Source: an uncultured Rickettsia sp. | Lineage (GTDB): Bacteria; Pseudomonadota; Alphaproteobacteria; Rickettsiales; JABSSG01 | NCBI GenBank assembly: GCA_964515755.1 | Contig: CAZEVK010000003.1 | Coordinates: forward strand, 13,881-77,880 | Reading direction: 5' to 3' | Length of the DNA stretch: 64,000 nucleotides | Part shown: positions 38,853 to 48,036 of the stretch, one piece after another | How positions within the stretch are numbered: the stretch's first letter is position 1 | How the letters are laid out: every line of letters starts with the position of its first letter | Translations under genes and position numbers: made by a program | Notes under the pieces: model-generated | The model's input: only the letters and a program-made list of their open reading frames with translations | What the model was told of the DNA's origin: nothing | Databases searched by the model: none

Positions 38853-40196
38853 ATGCTTACTGTTGCTATAGTTGGTAGGCCTAATGTAGGCAAATCTACT
38901 CTTTTTAATCGACTATCAGTTTCTGGTAAAGCTATTGTGCATGATCTTCCTGGTGTTACCAGGGACGTAAAAGAAACAATAGCTGTATTAGGGGAGCTTA
39001 CTTTCAAACTTCTAGATACTGCTGGTCTTGATTTTCATACTAAGCAAAGTCAACTATCAATTAAGACTATCTCTCATACTGAGTTAGCTATAAGTAATTC
39101 TAATGTTGTCCTTTTTGTTGTTGATGGTAAGAGCGGTATTACTAATGAAGATAAAATTTTTGCAGATTGGCTGCGCAAAAAGAATTTACCAGTTATTGTA
39201 TTAATAAATAAATGTGATAACAAAATAGCTCTAAATAATATTAGTGAATTTTATAAATTTGGTTTTAAAAAAGTTGCTTCTATTTCTGCTGAACATAATA
39301 AAGGTATGGGCGATTTACATGCTTTATTATCTGAAAATTTAAATTTAGAGTTACAAGAAATTTCTAAAGAATTACCCGAAGATTTAATAAAAATTGCAAT
39401 AGTTGGAAGACCAAATGTTGGTAAATCTACATTCATTAATAAGTTACTTAAACAAGAACGATTATTGACTGGTCCTGAACCAGGCGTAACTAGAGACTCT
39501 ATTTCTTTAAATTGGAAATATAAGAACCGTAATTTACAGCTAATTGATACTGCAGGGATTAGAAAGAAAAATAATATTTATCACTTTTTAGAAAAACTTT
39601 CTGCGGGACAATCTATTCAATCAATTAAAATGGCAGATATTGTTATATTAATGGTTGATGTTACCATGCCTCTTGAAAAGCAAGACCTTACAATAGCAAA
39701 CCTAGCTTATGAAGAAGGAAAGCCAGTTGTTTTGGTAATTAATAAAGCTGATCTTATTAAAAATAAGCAGGTTGAAACTGAAGAAATTATTTTTAAAGCG
39801 CAGAAAATGCTTAACAATTTAGGTTCAACTCGTATTAGTTTTGTATCAGCATTGTATAAAACTCATCTTGATCAAGTGATAGATATTTGTATAGAGCTTT
39901 ATGAGAAATGGCAAATACAGATCCCTACATCGAAATTAAATAAATGGTTAGAAGGAGCTGTTGTAAAACATGCTTTGCCTTTGCTCGAAGCAGGTAGAAA
40001 AGTGCGTATTAAGTTTGCTAATCAAATTAAAAGTAAGCCTCCAACTTTTCAGTTATTTACCAATCGGCCTGATAAAATAACTAAAAGTTATTGTAGATAT
40101 TTACATCATTCAATGTGTGAATATTTTGATTTAGATGGAGTTCCGATTAGATTTAAAATGAAAAAAACATATAATCCATATACTGATACGGATTAA
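38853..40196 (+). CDS. der: ribosome-biogenesis GTPase Der (EngA)
   Basis: 447 aa. Two tandem G domains (both GRPNVGKST; DTAG; NKCD/NKAD) and a KH-like C-terminus. Confidence 0.95.
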   Translation: MLTVAIVGRPNVGKSTLFNRLSVSGKAIVHDLPGVTRDVKETIAVLGELTFKLLDTAGLDFHTKQSQLSIKTISHTELAISNSNVVLFVVDGKSGITNEDKIFADWLRKKNLPVIVLINKCDNKIALNNISEFYKFGFKKVASISAEHNKGMGDLHALLSENLNLELQEISKELPEDLIKIAIVGRPNVGKSTFINKLLKQERLLTGPEPGVTRDSISLNWKYKNRNLQLIDTAGIRKKNNIYHFLEKLSAGQSIQSIKMADIVILMVDVTMPLEKQDLTIANLAYEEGKPVVLVINKADLIKNKQVETEEIIFKAQKMLNNLGSTRISFVSALYKTHLDQVIDICIELYEKWQIQIPTSKLNKWLEGAVVKHALPLLEAGRKVRIKFANQIKSKPPTFQLFTNRPDKITKSYCRYLHHSMCEYFDLDGVPIRFKMKKTYNPYTDTD

Positions 40197-40267
40197 GTTA
40201 GTTTTTTATCCGATAGCTAGACTTTATAATAATTATAGTTTAGTATGTCTTAAGATATAATTAATTA

Positions 40268-40600
40268 GTGTATACTGTTTTGTTTAATGTAATTTTGCTG
40301 TTCTTTGTATTATTTCCGTTGAAGGCAGTTGCTGATGCAGAATATATTGATTTACGAATAGTTGACCATAAATTCTTACCGGATACTATTAACGTTCCCG
40401 CAGATAAAGTCATCAAAATTAGAGTAGAGAATTTTGACCCAACTGTTGAAGAGTTTGAAAGCTTTGATCTAAAGCGTGAAAAAATTGTTCCTGCAAAAGG
40501 TAAGGTTATTATTATAGTTGGTCCACTTTCACCAGGTGAATATAGTTTTTTTGGTGAATTTCATCAAGAGACAGCACAAGGTAAGCTAATAGTTAAGTAA
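40268..40600 (+). CDS. periplasmic cupredoxin-fold protein associated with FTR1 (FtrB/EfeO-Cup-like)
   Basis: 110 aa, GTG start, signal peptide (..PLKAVA/DAEY). Cupredoxin-like C-terminal strand pattern PGEYSFFGEFHQETAQGKLIVK. 1 nt upstream of the permease. Confidence 0.65.
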   Translation: MYTVLFNVILLFFVLFPLKAVADAEYIDLRIVDHKFLPDTINVPADKVIKIRVENFDPTVEEFESFDLKREKIVPAKGKVIIIVGPLSPGEYSFFGEFHQETAQGKLIVK

Positions 40601-40601
40601 T

Positions 40602-41402
40602 ATGCTGCAGATTTTTATTATAGTTTTTAGAGAGATATTAGAAATTGCAATTATTCTTAGTATTGTTTTAGCTGCTACTAAGAATTTAAAAAATCGTACT
40701 ATTTGGATAGTTAATGGTATTAGTTTAGGTGTATTTGGTTCTATATTAATAGCTTTATTTACTTCTGCTATTTCTAATGCATTTGATGGTCAAGGACAGG
40801 AATATTTCAATGCTGCGATTGTTTCTATAACATGTGCTTTACTTGTTTGGACTGTAGTTTGGATGAAGAAGCAAGGTCAATTAATATCAAAAAAAATAAA
40901 AGATGTAAGTAATGAGATACATGCAGGAAGGTCTTCTTTTATTTCTTTAATGCTAATTATAGCATCTACAATTTTTAGAGAAGGTTCTGAAATAGTTTTG
41001 TTTACTTATGGTTCTTATGCCTCTCATAAACTATCTATAGCTTCTATATTTAGTGGTTGTGCTGCTGGTTTTACTTTAGGTGCTATTACTGGATATGCTG
41101 TTTATCATGGGGTTATTCGTTTTGCTGGAAAATATATTTTCCAATTAACTTTTTTATTAGTCAGTTTAATTGCTGCTGGTATGGCGGCTCAAGCAATTAA
41201 TTTTTTAAATGCTAGCGGTTTAATTACAGTATTTTCATATCCTATATGGAATAGTACAGCATTTTTATCAGATGGAAGTTTAGTAGGGCAAGTCCTTAAT
41301 GTTTTAATCGGTTATAATGCTCAACCTACATTATTACAATTTGTAGCTTATGTTGGTACTTTAATATTAATATGGGTATTGACTAAGTTTCAGAAGCCTT
41401 AG
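40602..41402 (+). CDS. FTR1-family high-affinity iron permease
   Basis: 266 aa, 7 TM. Both REXXE motifs present (FREILEI, FREGSEI). Confidence 0.85.
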   Translation: MLQIFIIVFREILEIAIILSIVLAATKNLKNRTIWIVNGISLGVFGSILIALFTSAISNAFDGQGQEYFNAAIVSITCALLVWTVVWMKKQGQLISKKIKDVSNEIHAGRSSFISLMLIIASTIFREGSEIVLFTYGSYASHKLSIASIFSGCAAGFTLGAITGYAVYHGVIRFAGKYIFQLTFLLVSLIAAGMAAQAINFLNASGLITVFSYPIWNSTAFLSDGSLVGQVLNVLIGYNAQPTLLQFVAYVGTLILIWVLTKFQKP

Positions 41403-42525
41403 CAGTTTTCGTTTCTTTTTCTTTCTTTTGATTTAATAATTCAAGAAATTGCTTACCAATTTTGCTGCCATTATTTGCTGCTAGTGTATACCACCTTAGA
41501 GCTTCTTGTTTATTTACTTCTACACCTCTACCATGTTCGTACATAAATCCTATGCTAGCTTGTGCAGAGCTTTCTCCACCATTTGCTGCTAGCGTATACC
41601 ACTTTAGAGCTTCTTTATAATCAGCTTTATTGCTGCTATCATACATAGTTCCTAAATTATACATTCCTGTAGGATTACCAGCTTCTGCAGCGAGCTTGTA
41701 CCATTTTAAAGCTTCTTGTAAATCAACGTTTGTACCTATGCCATTTTCATAAAGAGCAGCAAGATTATTTTGAGCATCAGGATTTCCTTGTTCAGCAGCA
41801 AGCTTAAACCAATATAAAGCTTTTTTCTCATTCATTTCGACAAGATTACCAGTTGCGTATTTTTCTCCTAAGATCATTTGTGCATTGCTATAGCCATTTT
41901 CAGCAGCAAATTTATAGCATTCGAGAGCATATTGTGGGTCTTTTTCAAGACCTATGCCATTTTCAAACATTAATCCTAAGTTATATCCAGCTTCGGTGTT
42001 TCCTTGCTTTGCAGCAGTATAAAAATATTTATATGCTTCTGCTACATCTAGTACTACACCTCTGCCATTAAGATACATATATCCTAAACGAACAAGAGAG
42101 TTGGTGTTACCTTGTTTTGCTGATAATCTATACATTGATATTGCTTCCGTTAGGTTTTGAGGAACAACTAAACCAAGTTCGTATATATAACCTAAATTAT
42201 ATTGTGCAGCAGCTTCTCCAGACTTAGCACTTTGCTTTAAAAATTCTATTCCATTTCCTATATTTTGTTGGATGTGAGTGCCTGTGACTAAGAATGTTCC
42301 TAGTTTAAACTGAGCTTTTGAGTTACCTTTATCAGCAGCCATTTTATAGTTATTTATTGCTTCATTTTCATTTTGCTCTACCCCTAAACCGTTCTCATAC
42401 ATTGTCCCAAGGATATATAACATTTCTTGATTTCCTGCTTTTGCTTCTTGCAAAACATACGGTAATGAGTTAGCTAAGTCTTTGTTTTCGTAATTTTTTT
42501 TAGCTTGTTCGTAAGATATTTCCAT
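41383..42525 (-). CDS. Sel1-repeat (SLR/TPR-like) protein, nine repeats
   Basis: 380 aa. Nine ~36-aa units of the type GNxxAQxxLGxMYxxGxGVxxxxxEAxxWYxxAAxx. No N-terminal signal peptide. Lys/Glu-rich tail. Confidence 0.9.
   Translation of the reverse strand: MEISYEQAKKNYENKDLANSLPYVLQEAKAGNQEMLYILGTMYENGLGVEQNENEAINNYKMAADKGNSKAQFKLGTFLVTGTHIQQNIGNGIEFLKQSAKSGEAAAQYNLGYIYELGLVVPQNLTEAISMYRLSAKQGNTNSLVRLGYMYLNGRGVVLDVAEAYKYFYTAAKQGNTEAGYNLGLMFENGIGLEKDPQYALECYKFAAENGYSNAQMILGEKYATGNLVEMNEKKALYWFKLAAEQGNPDAQNNLAALYENGIGTNVDLQEALKWYKLAAEAGNPTGMYNLGTMYDSSNKADYKEALKWYTLAANGGESSAQASIGFMYEHGRGVEVNKQEALRWYTLAANNGSKIGKQFLELLNQKKEKETKTAKASET
41473..41615. repeat. 108-bp-period intragenic DNA repeat in the Sel1 gene
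   Basis: atttgctgctagtgtataccaccttagagcttctt (41473-41507) recurs at 41581-41615 with 2 mismatches in 35 nt, exactly 108 nt (36 codons) apart. A weaker third copy lies near 41689. Confidence 0.65.
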
Positions 42526-42577
42526 AAAACTACCTAATAGCTGCTTTATAAGTATTGTACCTTTGTTAGTAAACTAA

Positions 42578-42931
42578 TCAATAATTTTTAGAATTATCAA
42601 TAAAATATAAAGTTTTTTGTAAATTTTTAGCAATTGCAGCAAGTTTTAAAAACATTTCTTTATTACCTGTAAATAAAATATGTTTAATTTTTCCTTTAAG
42701 TGCTAAGTGGCATATTGCTGCATTATCTTTGGTGTTTAGTAGAAATCTTTTATAAACATCTTCATAGTTTTTAGATGCAAGCTCAAGCATTTGCTCAATA
42801 TAAAGTAAACCCATGTAATATATTGCATCTTCGGGAGTAGTAATAATGTTTTTATCAGACTCTTTTAAAGCAAATATTAGTTCCTCAAAGTTATTGATAA
42901 TAAAGGCATGTTTAATATCTTGTTGATTCAT
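42578..42931 (-). CDS. hypothetical protein (117 aa), translationally coupled to pgk
   Basis: Its ATG overlaps the pgk TGA (ATGA, 42928-42931). Alternating beta/alpha-like pattern. No family recognised. Confidence 0.6.
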   Translation of the reverse strand: MNQQDIKHAFIINNFEELIFALKESDKNIITTPEDAIYYMGLLYIEQMLELASKNYEDVYKRFLLNTKDNAAICHLALKGKIKHILFTGNKEMFLKLAAIAKNLQKTLYFIDNSKNY

Positions 42932-44130
42932 GCGTTATTATATAATACTTCTACACCTGGTAAAAGTTTACCTTCCATCCATTCAAGAAAAGCTCCTCCT
43001 CCAGTTGATATATAGGTAAAATTATTACCTAACCCAGCATTTGTTACAGCGGATACAACATCGCCACCACCAACTATACTAACTAATTTATTTTCTGTAG
43101 TTAATTCAGAAATAGTTTGAGCAATAGTTACAGTTCCTATATCAAATGGTTTATGCTCAAAAGCCCCTAAAGGTCCATTCCATATAACGGTTTTATTTAG
43201 TTCGAGTTGTCCAATCAAGTGCATTATTGTTTTTGGGCCTATATCAAAAATAAGATCATCATTTTCAATCTGGTTTAACTTAGTTACTTTGTATTTGGGT
43301 TCATCACATAATTTCTTAGTAGTAACCACATCTATAGGTAACATTATATTACAATTTTCTCTCTCGGCTTTTATTAAAATGTTTTTTGCAATTTCAGTAA
43401 AATCTGCTTCAATTTTAGACTTTCCAATATTATGACCTTTAATATGCAAAAAAATATTAGCCATGGCTCCAGCTATAAAAATACTATCAACCTTTGAGAT
43501 AAGAGAATTAAGTAAGTCTATTTTTGTTGATACCTTTGCTCCACCGACAATAGCAAGAACTGGATGTATAGGTTCTTCAAGATATAATTTTAAATTATCT
43601 AACTCTTCTTGTAGTAATAGTCCAGCTCCACTAGGAAGAAGTGTTGCTATAGCATGTATAGAAGCATGCTCTCTATGCGAGCATGAGAAAGTATCATTAA
43701 TATAAATATCACCAAGTTCTGCAATTTTACGAGCAAATTCGATGTCATTATTTTCTTCTTCTGCATGAAACCTTAAATTCTCCAATAGTATTATTTCGCC
43801 ATGATTCATTTTGGAAATAGCTTCTTTTGTAGAGCTAGACATAATATCAACTCCAAATTTTATTTCTTTGCCGCTTAATACAGTACTAATAGTGTCTGTG
43901 AGTGGAGATAAAGACATATCGATAGTGAATTTGCCACTAGGTCTTCCATAGTGAGATAAAAGTATTATCTTTGCTTTTTTTGTAATGAGATATTTAATAG
44001 TCGGTATAACTCTTTCAATGCGACTTATGTCAGTGATTTTGCCATGAACTATAGGAACATTGAGATCAATACGTAGTAAAACAGTTTTGTTTTCTAGATC
44101 AAAATCTGATAATTTACGAAAATTTTTCAT
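42928..44130 (-). CDS. pgk: phosphoglycerate kinase
   Basis: 400 aa. RIDLNVP, LLENLRFH, and GGGDVVSAV...STGGGAFLEWMEGK. Confidence 0.95.
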   Translation of the reverse strand: MKNFRKLSDFDLENKTVLLRIDLNVPIVHGKITDISRIERVIPTIKYLITKKAKIILLSHYGRPSGKFTIDMSLSPLTDTISTVLSGKEIKFGVDIMSSSTKEAISKMNHGEIILLENLRFHAEEENNDIEFARKIAELGDIYINDTFSCSHREHASIHAIATLLPSGAGLLLQEELDNLKLYLEEPIHPVLAIVGGAKVSTKIDLLNSLISKVDSIFIAGAMANIFLHIKGHNIGKSKIEADFTEIAKNILIKAERENCNIMLPIDVVTTKKLCDEPKYKVTKLNQIENDDLIFDIGPKTIMHLIGQLELNKTVIWNGPLGAFEHKPFDIGTVTIAQTISELTTENKLVSIVGGGDVVSAVTNAGLGNNFTYISTGGGAFLEWMEGKLLPGVEVLYNNA

Positions 44131-45135
44131 TTAAAATAAACTCTTAAATAATTTAGCAACATCAAGCATTCGAGCAGCAAAAGCCCACTCATTGTCATAC
44201 CATGAAACTACTCTGACCATTTTATCTGATACTACTTGTGTTTCATATGGATCAAAAATTGAACTATTAGGGTTATGATTAAAATCTATAGATACCATGG
44301 TAGTTTCAGTAACTCCTACTATATTTTTAAATTCTTTATTTGCTGCGTCGATAATAAATTGATTGATCTCTAGTTTGGTTGTTTTGCGTATAGTATTAAA
44401 AGTTAAATCTACTAATGAAACATTAGGCGTAGGTACTCGTATAGCAGAGCCTGCTAATTTTCCGTCTAATTCTGGCAGTACTATCCCTATAGCTTTAGCT
44501 GCGCCAGTAGAAGTTGGTATCATTGATAAAGCACAAGCTCTTGCACGCCTTGGATCTTTGTGTCTATTATCAAGTAAATTTTGATCATTTGTGTAGGAAT
44601 GAATAGTAGTCATATAACCACATTCTATTCCAACATTTTCATTTAATATTTTAACTATAGGAGCAAGAGCATTGGTAGTACATGAACCAATTGATATTAC
44701 ATCACAATTTTTATTTAGCGCGTGGTTATTTACACCGTATACTATTGTAGCATCAGCATCTTTACATGGAGCAGATACGATTACTTTCTTTGCTCCAGCC
44801 TTTATATGCTTTAGTGCATCATTTTTATTTGTAAATTTTCCTGTACATTCTAAGACAATATCAACATTTAATCTATTCCATGGTATTAGTTCTGGATTAG
44901 GTTCTGATAAAATTTGTATTTTGTGCTTACCAATATGTATATAATCTTTTTCGCATGTTATATCTCCTTGATAAATACCATGAACAGAGTCATATTTTAG
45001 CAAGGATACATAGTCTTCAGGTTTTACTGTGCCATTAGCAGCAACAATATGAATATCACTTTTGTTTAATTCTATTGCTGCTCTAATGATGCAGCGACCT
45101 ATTCTACCTAAACCATTAATTGCTACTCTTACCAT
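44131..45135 (-). CDS. gap: glyceraldehyde-3-phosphate dehydrogenase
   Basis: 334 aa. INGLGRIGR, active site SCTTNALAP, and WYDNEWAF. Confidence 0.95.
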   Translation of the reverse strand: MVRVAINGLGRIGRCIIRAAIELNKSDIHIVAANGTVKPEDYVSLLKYDSVHGIYQGDITCEKDYIHIGKHKIQILSEPNPELIPWNRLNVDIVLECTGKFTNKNDALKHIKAGAKKVIVSAPCKDADATIVYGVNNHALNKNCDVISIGSCTTNALAPIVKILNENVGIECGYMTTIHSYTNDQNLLDNRHKDPRRARACALSMIPTSTGAAKAIGIVLPELDGKLAGSAIRVPTPNVSLVDLTFNTIRKTTKLEINQFIIDAANKEFKNIVGVTETTMVSIDFNHNPNSSIFDPYETQVVSDKMVRVVSWYDNEWAFAARMLDVAKLFKSLF

Positions 45136-47149
45136 ATTTATGAAGGCTCCTTGATTTTATTTTTTTCATTACTTGTTGTACCACATTATCTGCATTAATG
45201 CCAAAATAATCAAATAGTTCTGACGCTGGTGCTGAAGTACCAAAGTTTTTCATTCCTATAAATATTCCATGCTGACCTATGTATTTATGCCAGCCAAAAG
45301 ATACTGCTGCCTCAATTGCAACCTTAATACTATCATTGCATAAAATTTCAGTTATATACTCAGAAGGTTGTTTGTCAAATAATTCCATACATGGCATTGA
45401 GATGACTCTTGTGCCAATGTTTTTTTGCTCTAAACTTTTTTGTGCATCAATAGCGATAGAAACCTCTGAACCAGTGGCAAATATTGTAACATCTAAATCT
45501 AAGCTGGATTCTGAGATTATATAAGCGCCTTTGCTTACGAAATTTTCTTCATTATGTAAAGTACGATGAAGAACATGTATATTTTGTCTTGTAAGAGCAA
45601 GTATAGATGGGATATTTATTGATCTAATTGCTACTTCCCAACACTCTATAGTTTCAATACTGTCAGCAGGTCTCATTACTTGTAAGTTAGGAATTGCCCT
45701 AAGCGCTGCTAAATGCTCTATAGGTTGATGTGTTGGTCCATCTTCACCTAATCCTATAGAATCATGGGTAAGTACATAGATTACTCTTAATCCCATTAAT
45801 GCCGATAGTCTTATTGCTGGACGTGCATAGTCGCTAAAGACTAGGAATGTACCACCGTAAGGGATTATGCCTCCATAGATTGCAAGACCGTTCATTATTG
45901 CAGCCATAGCATGTTCACGTATTCCGTAGTAAATATAGCTACCGCTGAAATCGCCTTTAGTTATAGCTGGAGTTGAAGCTGTTTTTGTTAGATTTGATTC
46001 GGTTAGATCTGCTGATCCGCCGATTAATTCAGGAATTTCTTTTGTAAGGAATTCTAATGCAGTGAATGAAGCTTTTCTAGTTGCTTCGTTCATTAGATGA
46101 TTAGAAGTCTTTTTCTTAGCCTGGTTTATGGCGTATGCAAGTAGAGCTGGTATATATTGCTTATTAGTCAAATTTTTAAGGATCATTTTTTTATTTTCTG
46201 ACAAGGTACATGCAGTTTCAATCCATCTGTTATAAGTAGTATTAGATCTTTTGCCAATATCTCGCCACATTTCTAATAATTTATTGGGTATATAAAATGG
46301 TTCAATTTTATCCCATCCATAAGATTCTTTTATTATCTGAATTTCATCCGTACCTAAAGGACTACCGTGAGCTTTTGCAGATCCTGATTTTGTTGGAGCC
46401 CCATAAGCAATAATAGTTTTGCAAGCAATCATTGATGGGATTTTGCTAGCCTTTGCATTTTTCAATGCTTGACTAATTTGCAAATAATTGTGTCCATCAA
46501 TTTCTTGGACATACCATCCAGCTGCTTTAAATCTCATTGTCTGATTTTCTGAGTCTGTAAGATTTTTATCGCCATCAATTGTGATGCTGTTATCATCAAA
46601 TAATACTATTAATTTATTTAGCCTAAAATTCCCTGCAAATGAAATTGCTTCATGAGAAATTCCTTCCATTAAACAACCATCACCAGCAATTACATAAGTA
46701 TGATGATTTATAATTTTATCACCTAATTTACTTTCTTGTATTTTTTCTGCAAGCGCTATACCAACAGCATTTGCTAAGCCTTGTCCTAATGGCCCAGTAG
46801 AAGTTTCAACCCCTTCAGTATGTCTATATTCTGGATGACCAGGTGTTTTGCTATGTAATTGTCTAAATAACTTTATATCATTTAAACCCATTTCTTTATA
46901 CCCAGTTAAATATAATATGGAATAAAGAAGCATTGATCCATGGCCTGCGGAAAGAATTAGGCGATCACGATTTGGCCATTCTGGTTGTATAGGATTAAAG
47001 TTTAAATATTCTGCAAATAATACTGTTGCTACGTCTGCCATGCCCATTGGCATACCAGGATGACCAGACTTTGCATGTTCAACTGCGTCCATTGATAAAA
47101 CTCTAATACAATTAGCTAGATCTCTATAATGTGTAGAAATTTTATTCAT
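45116..47149 (-). CDS. tkt: transketolase
   Basis: SGHPGMPMGMADV, GDGCLMEGISHEA and THDSIGLGEDGPTHQP. ATG 47149 (MNKISTHYRDLANCIR..) preferred over the 35-codon upstream extension. 3' end overlaps gap by 20 nt. Confidence 0.93.
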   Translation of the reverse strand: MNKISTHYRDLANCIRVLSMDAVEHAKSGHPGMPMGMADVATVLFAEYLNFNPIQPEWPNRDRLILSAGHGSMLLYSILYLTGYKEMGLNDIKLFRQLHSKTPGHPEYRHTEGVETSTGPLGQGLANAVGIALAEKIQESKLGDKIINHHTYVIAGDGCLMEGISHEAISFAGNFRLNKLIVLFDDNSITIDGDKNLTDSENQTMRFKAAGWYVQEIDGHNYLQISQALKNAKASKIPSMIACKTIIAYGAPTKSGSAKAHGSPLGTDEIQIIKESYGWDKIEPFYIPNKLLEMWRDIGKRSNTTYNRWIETACTLSENKKMILKNLTNKQYIPALLAYAINQAKKKTSNHLMNEATRKASFTALEFLTKEIPELIGGSADLTESNLTKTASTPAITKGDFSGSYIYYGIREHAMAAIMNGLAIYGGIIPYGGTFLVFSDYARPAIRLSALMGLRVIYVLTHDSIGLGEDGPTHQPIEHLAALRAIPNLQVMRPADSIETIECWEVAIRSINIPSILALTRQNIHVLHRTLHNEENFVSKGAYIISESSLDLDVTIFATGSEVSIAIDAQKSLEQKNIGTRVISMPCMELFDKQPSEYITEILCNDSIKVAIEAAVSFGWHKYIGQHGIFIGMKNFGTSAPASELFDYFGINADNVVQQVMKKIKSRSLHKYGKSSN

Positions 47150-47256
47150 AATTAATTGCGTCAATGTGTTTATTAAAGTACAGTAGCATACAATATCTAT
47201 CCAATAATTACAATTAGTTTGGTCTGGCTTATACCATCTAAGGACAGGGATCAATT

Positions 47257-48036
47257 ATGCAAAAACTAATATCACTTTTAAGAATTATATATTTCTCGTT
47301 TTTTTCTAAAGCTTTTTATAAAGATGTTTACCATAATTTGCATGGTCGGCAAATAGGGTGTTTAATACGTATAGTTGCTCTTGTGTCGATTATTATTTCT
47401 GCTGTTGAAAGTTATAAAATGTGGGCATTTTTGAATAATTTGGCTGTTGATCAAGTTATTAATCATTTACCTTTAATGAGTGTTAAGGATAATAAATTAC
47501 AAGTTATTAGTAAAACAGATGATAAACCAATTTTTATACGTAATGATGATGGTAAAATTTTGATTATCATTGATGATCAAGCAAAAGATAATAAATATCA
47601 GTCTGAAAAGGCAATGATTGTAGTTGTAAATAATGGCGTGTTCCTGAATGATTTTTATAAATTTAAATTTAGTTCACTTTTTCATGACCAAGATATAAAT
47701 CTAACTCATGATTTTATAGAGCAATATTGGAAAAAATTACTTGAGATGATGAAGTTTACTTTAGCCTTTTTTATCTTCGGTCTTATTTTTATTGAATTGA
47801 CAATTCAAGCTGTTCTATATTCTGTATTTTTTAGTATGACGGTTTTGTTATTGCATAAGATTATAAAAAAACAAGAAATAAAATTTGATTCTTTATTTCG
47901 TTTAGGTGTATTTGCTAGCTTGCCTGCAATGGTTTCTTCATTCTTTTTGCCAGCGAATTTGGTTGATTTTATAGCATTTTGTTACTTTATTTTTGCTTAT
48001 TACAATGTGATTTATAAAAGTCCATCAAGAATTTAA
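47257..48036 (+). CDS. DUF1189-like polytopic membrane protein
   Basis: 259 aa. TM helix, a soluble middle, then three C-terminal TM helices. The N-terminal F..FYKDV pattern recalls DUF1189. Tentative. Confidence 0.45.
   Translation: MQKLISLLRIIYFSFFSKAFYKDVYHNLHGRQIGCLIRIVALVSIIISAVESYKMWAFLNNLAVDQVINHLPLMSVKDNKLQVISKTDDKPIFIRNDDGKILIIIDDQAKDNKYQSEKAMIVVVNNGVFLNDFYKFKFSSLFHDQDINLTHDFIEQYWKKLLEMMKFTLAFFIFGLIFIELTIQAVLYSVFFSMTVLLLHKIIKKQEIKFDSLFRLGVFASLPAMVSSFFLPANLVDFIAFCYFIFAYYNVIYKSPSRI

Noticed and set aside
47150-47254. 35-codon N-terminal extension of transketolase (MIPVLRWYKPDQTNC..).
   Set aside because: Transketolases begin close to the ..LANCIR..MDAV..SGHPG segment. ATG 47149 gives the normal N-terminus, and the extension would nearly abut the divergent DUF1189-like gene start.
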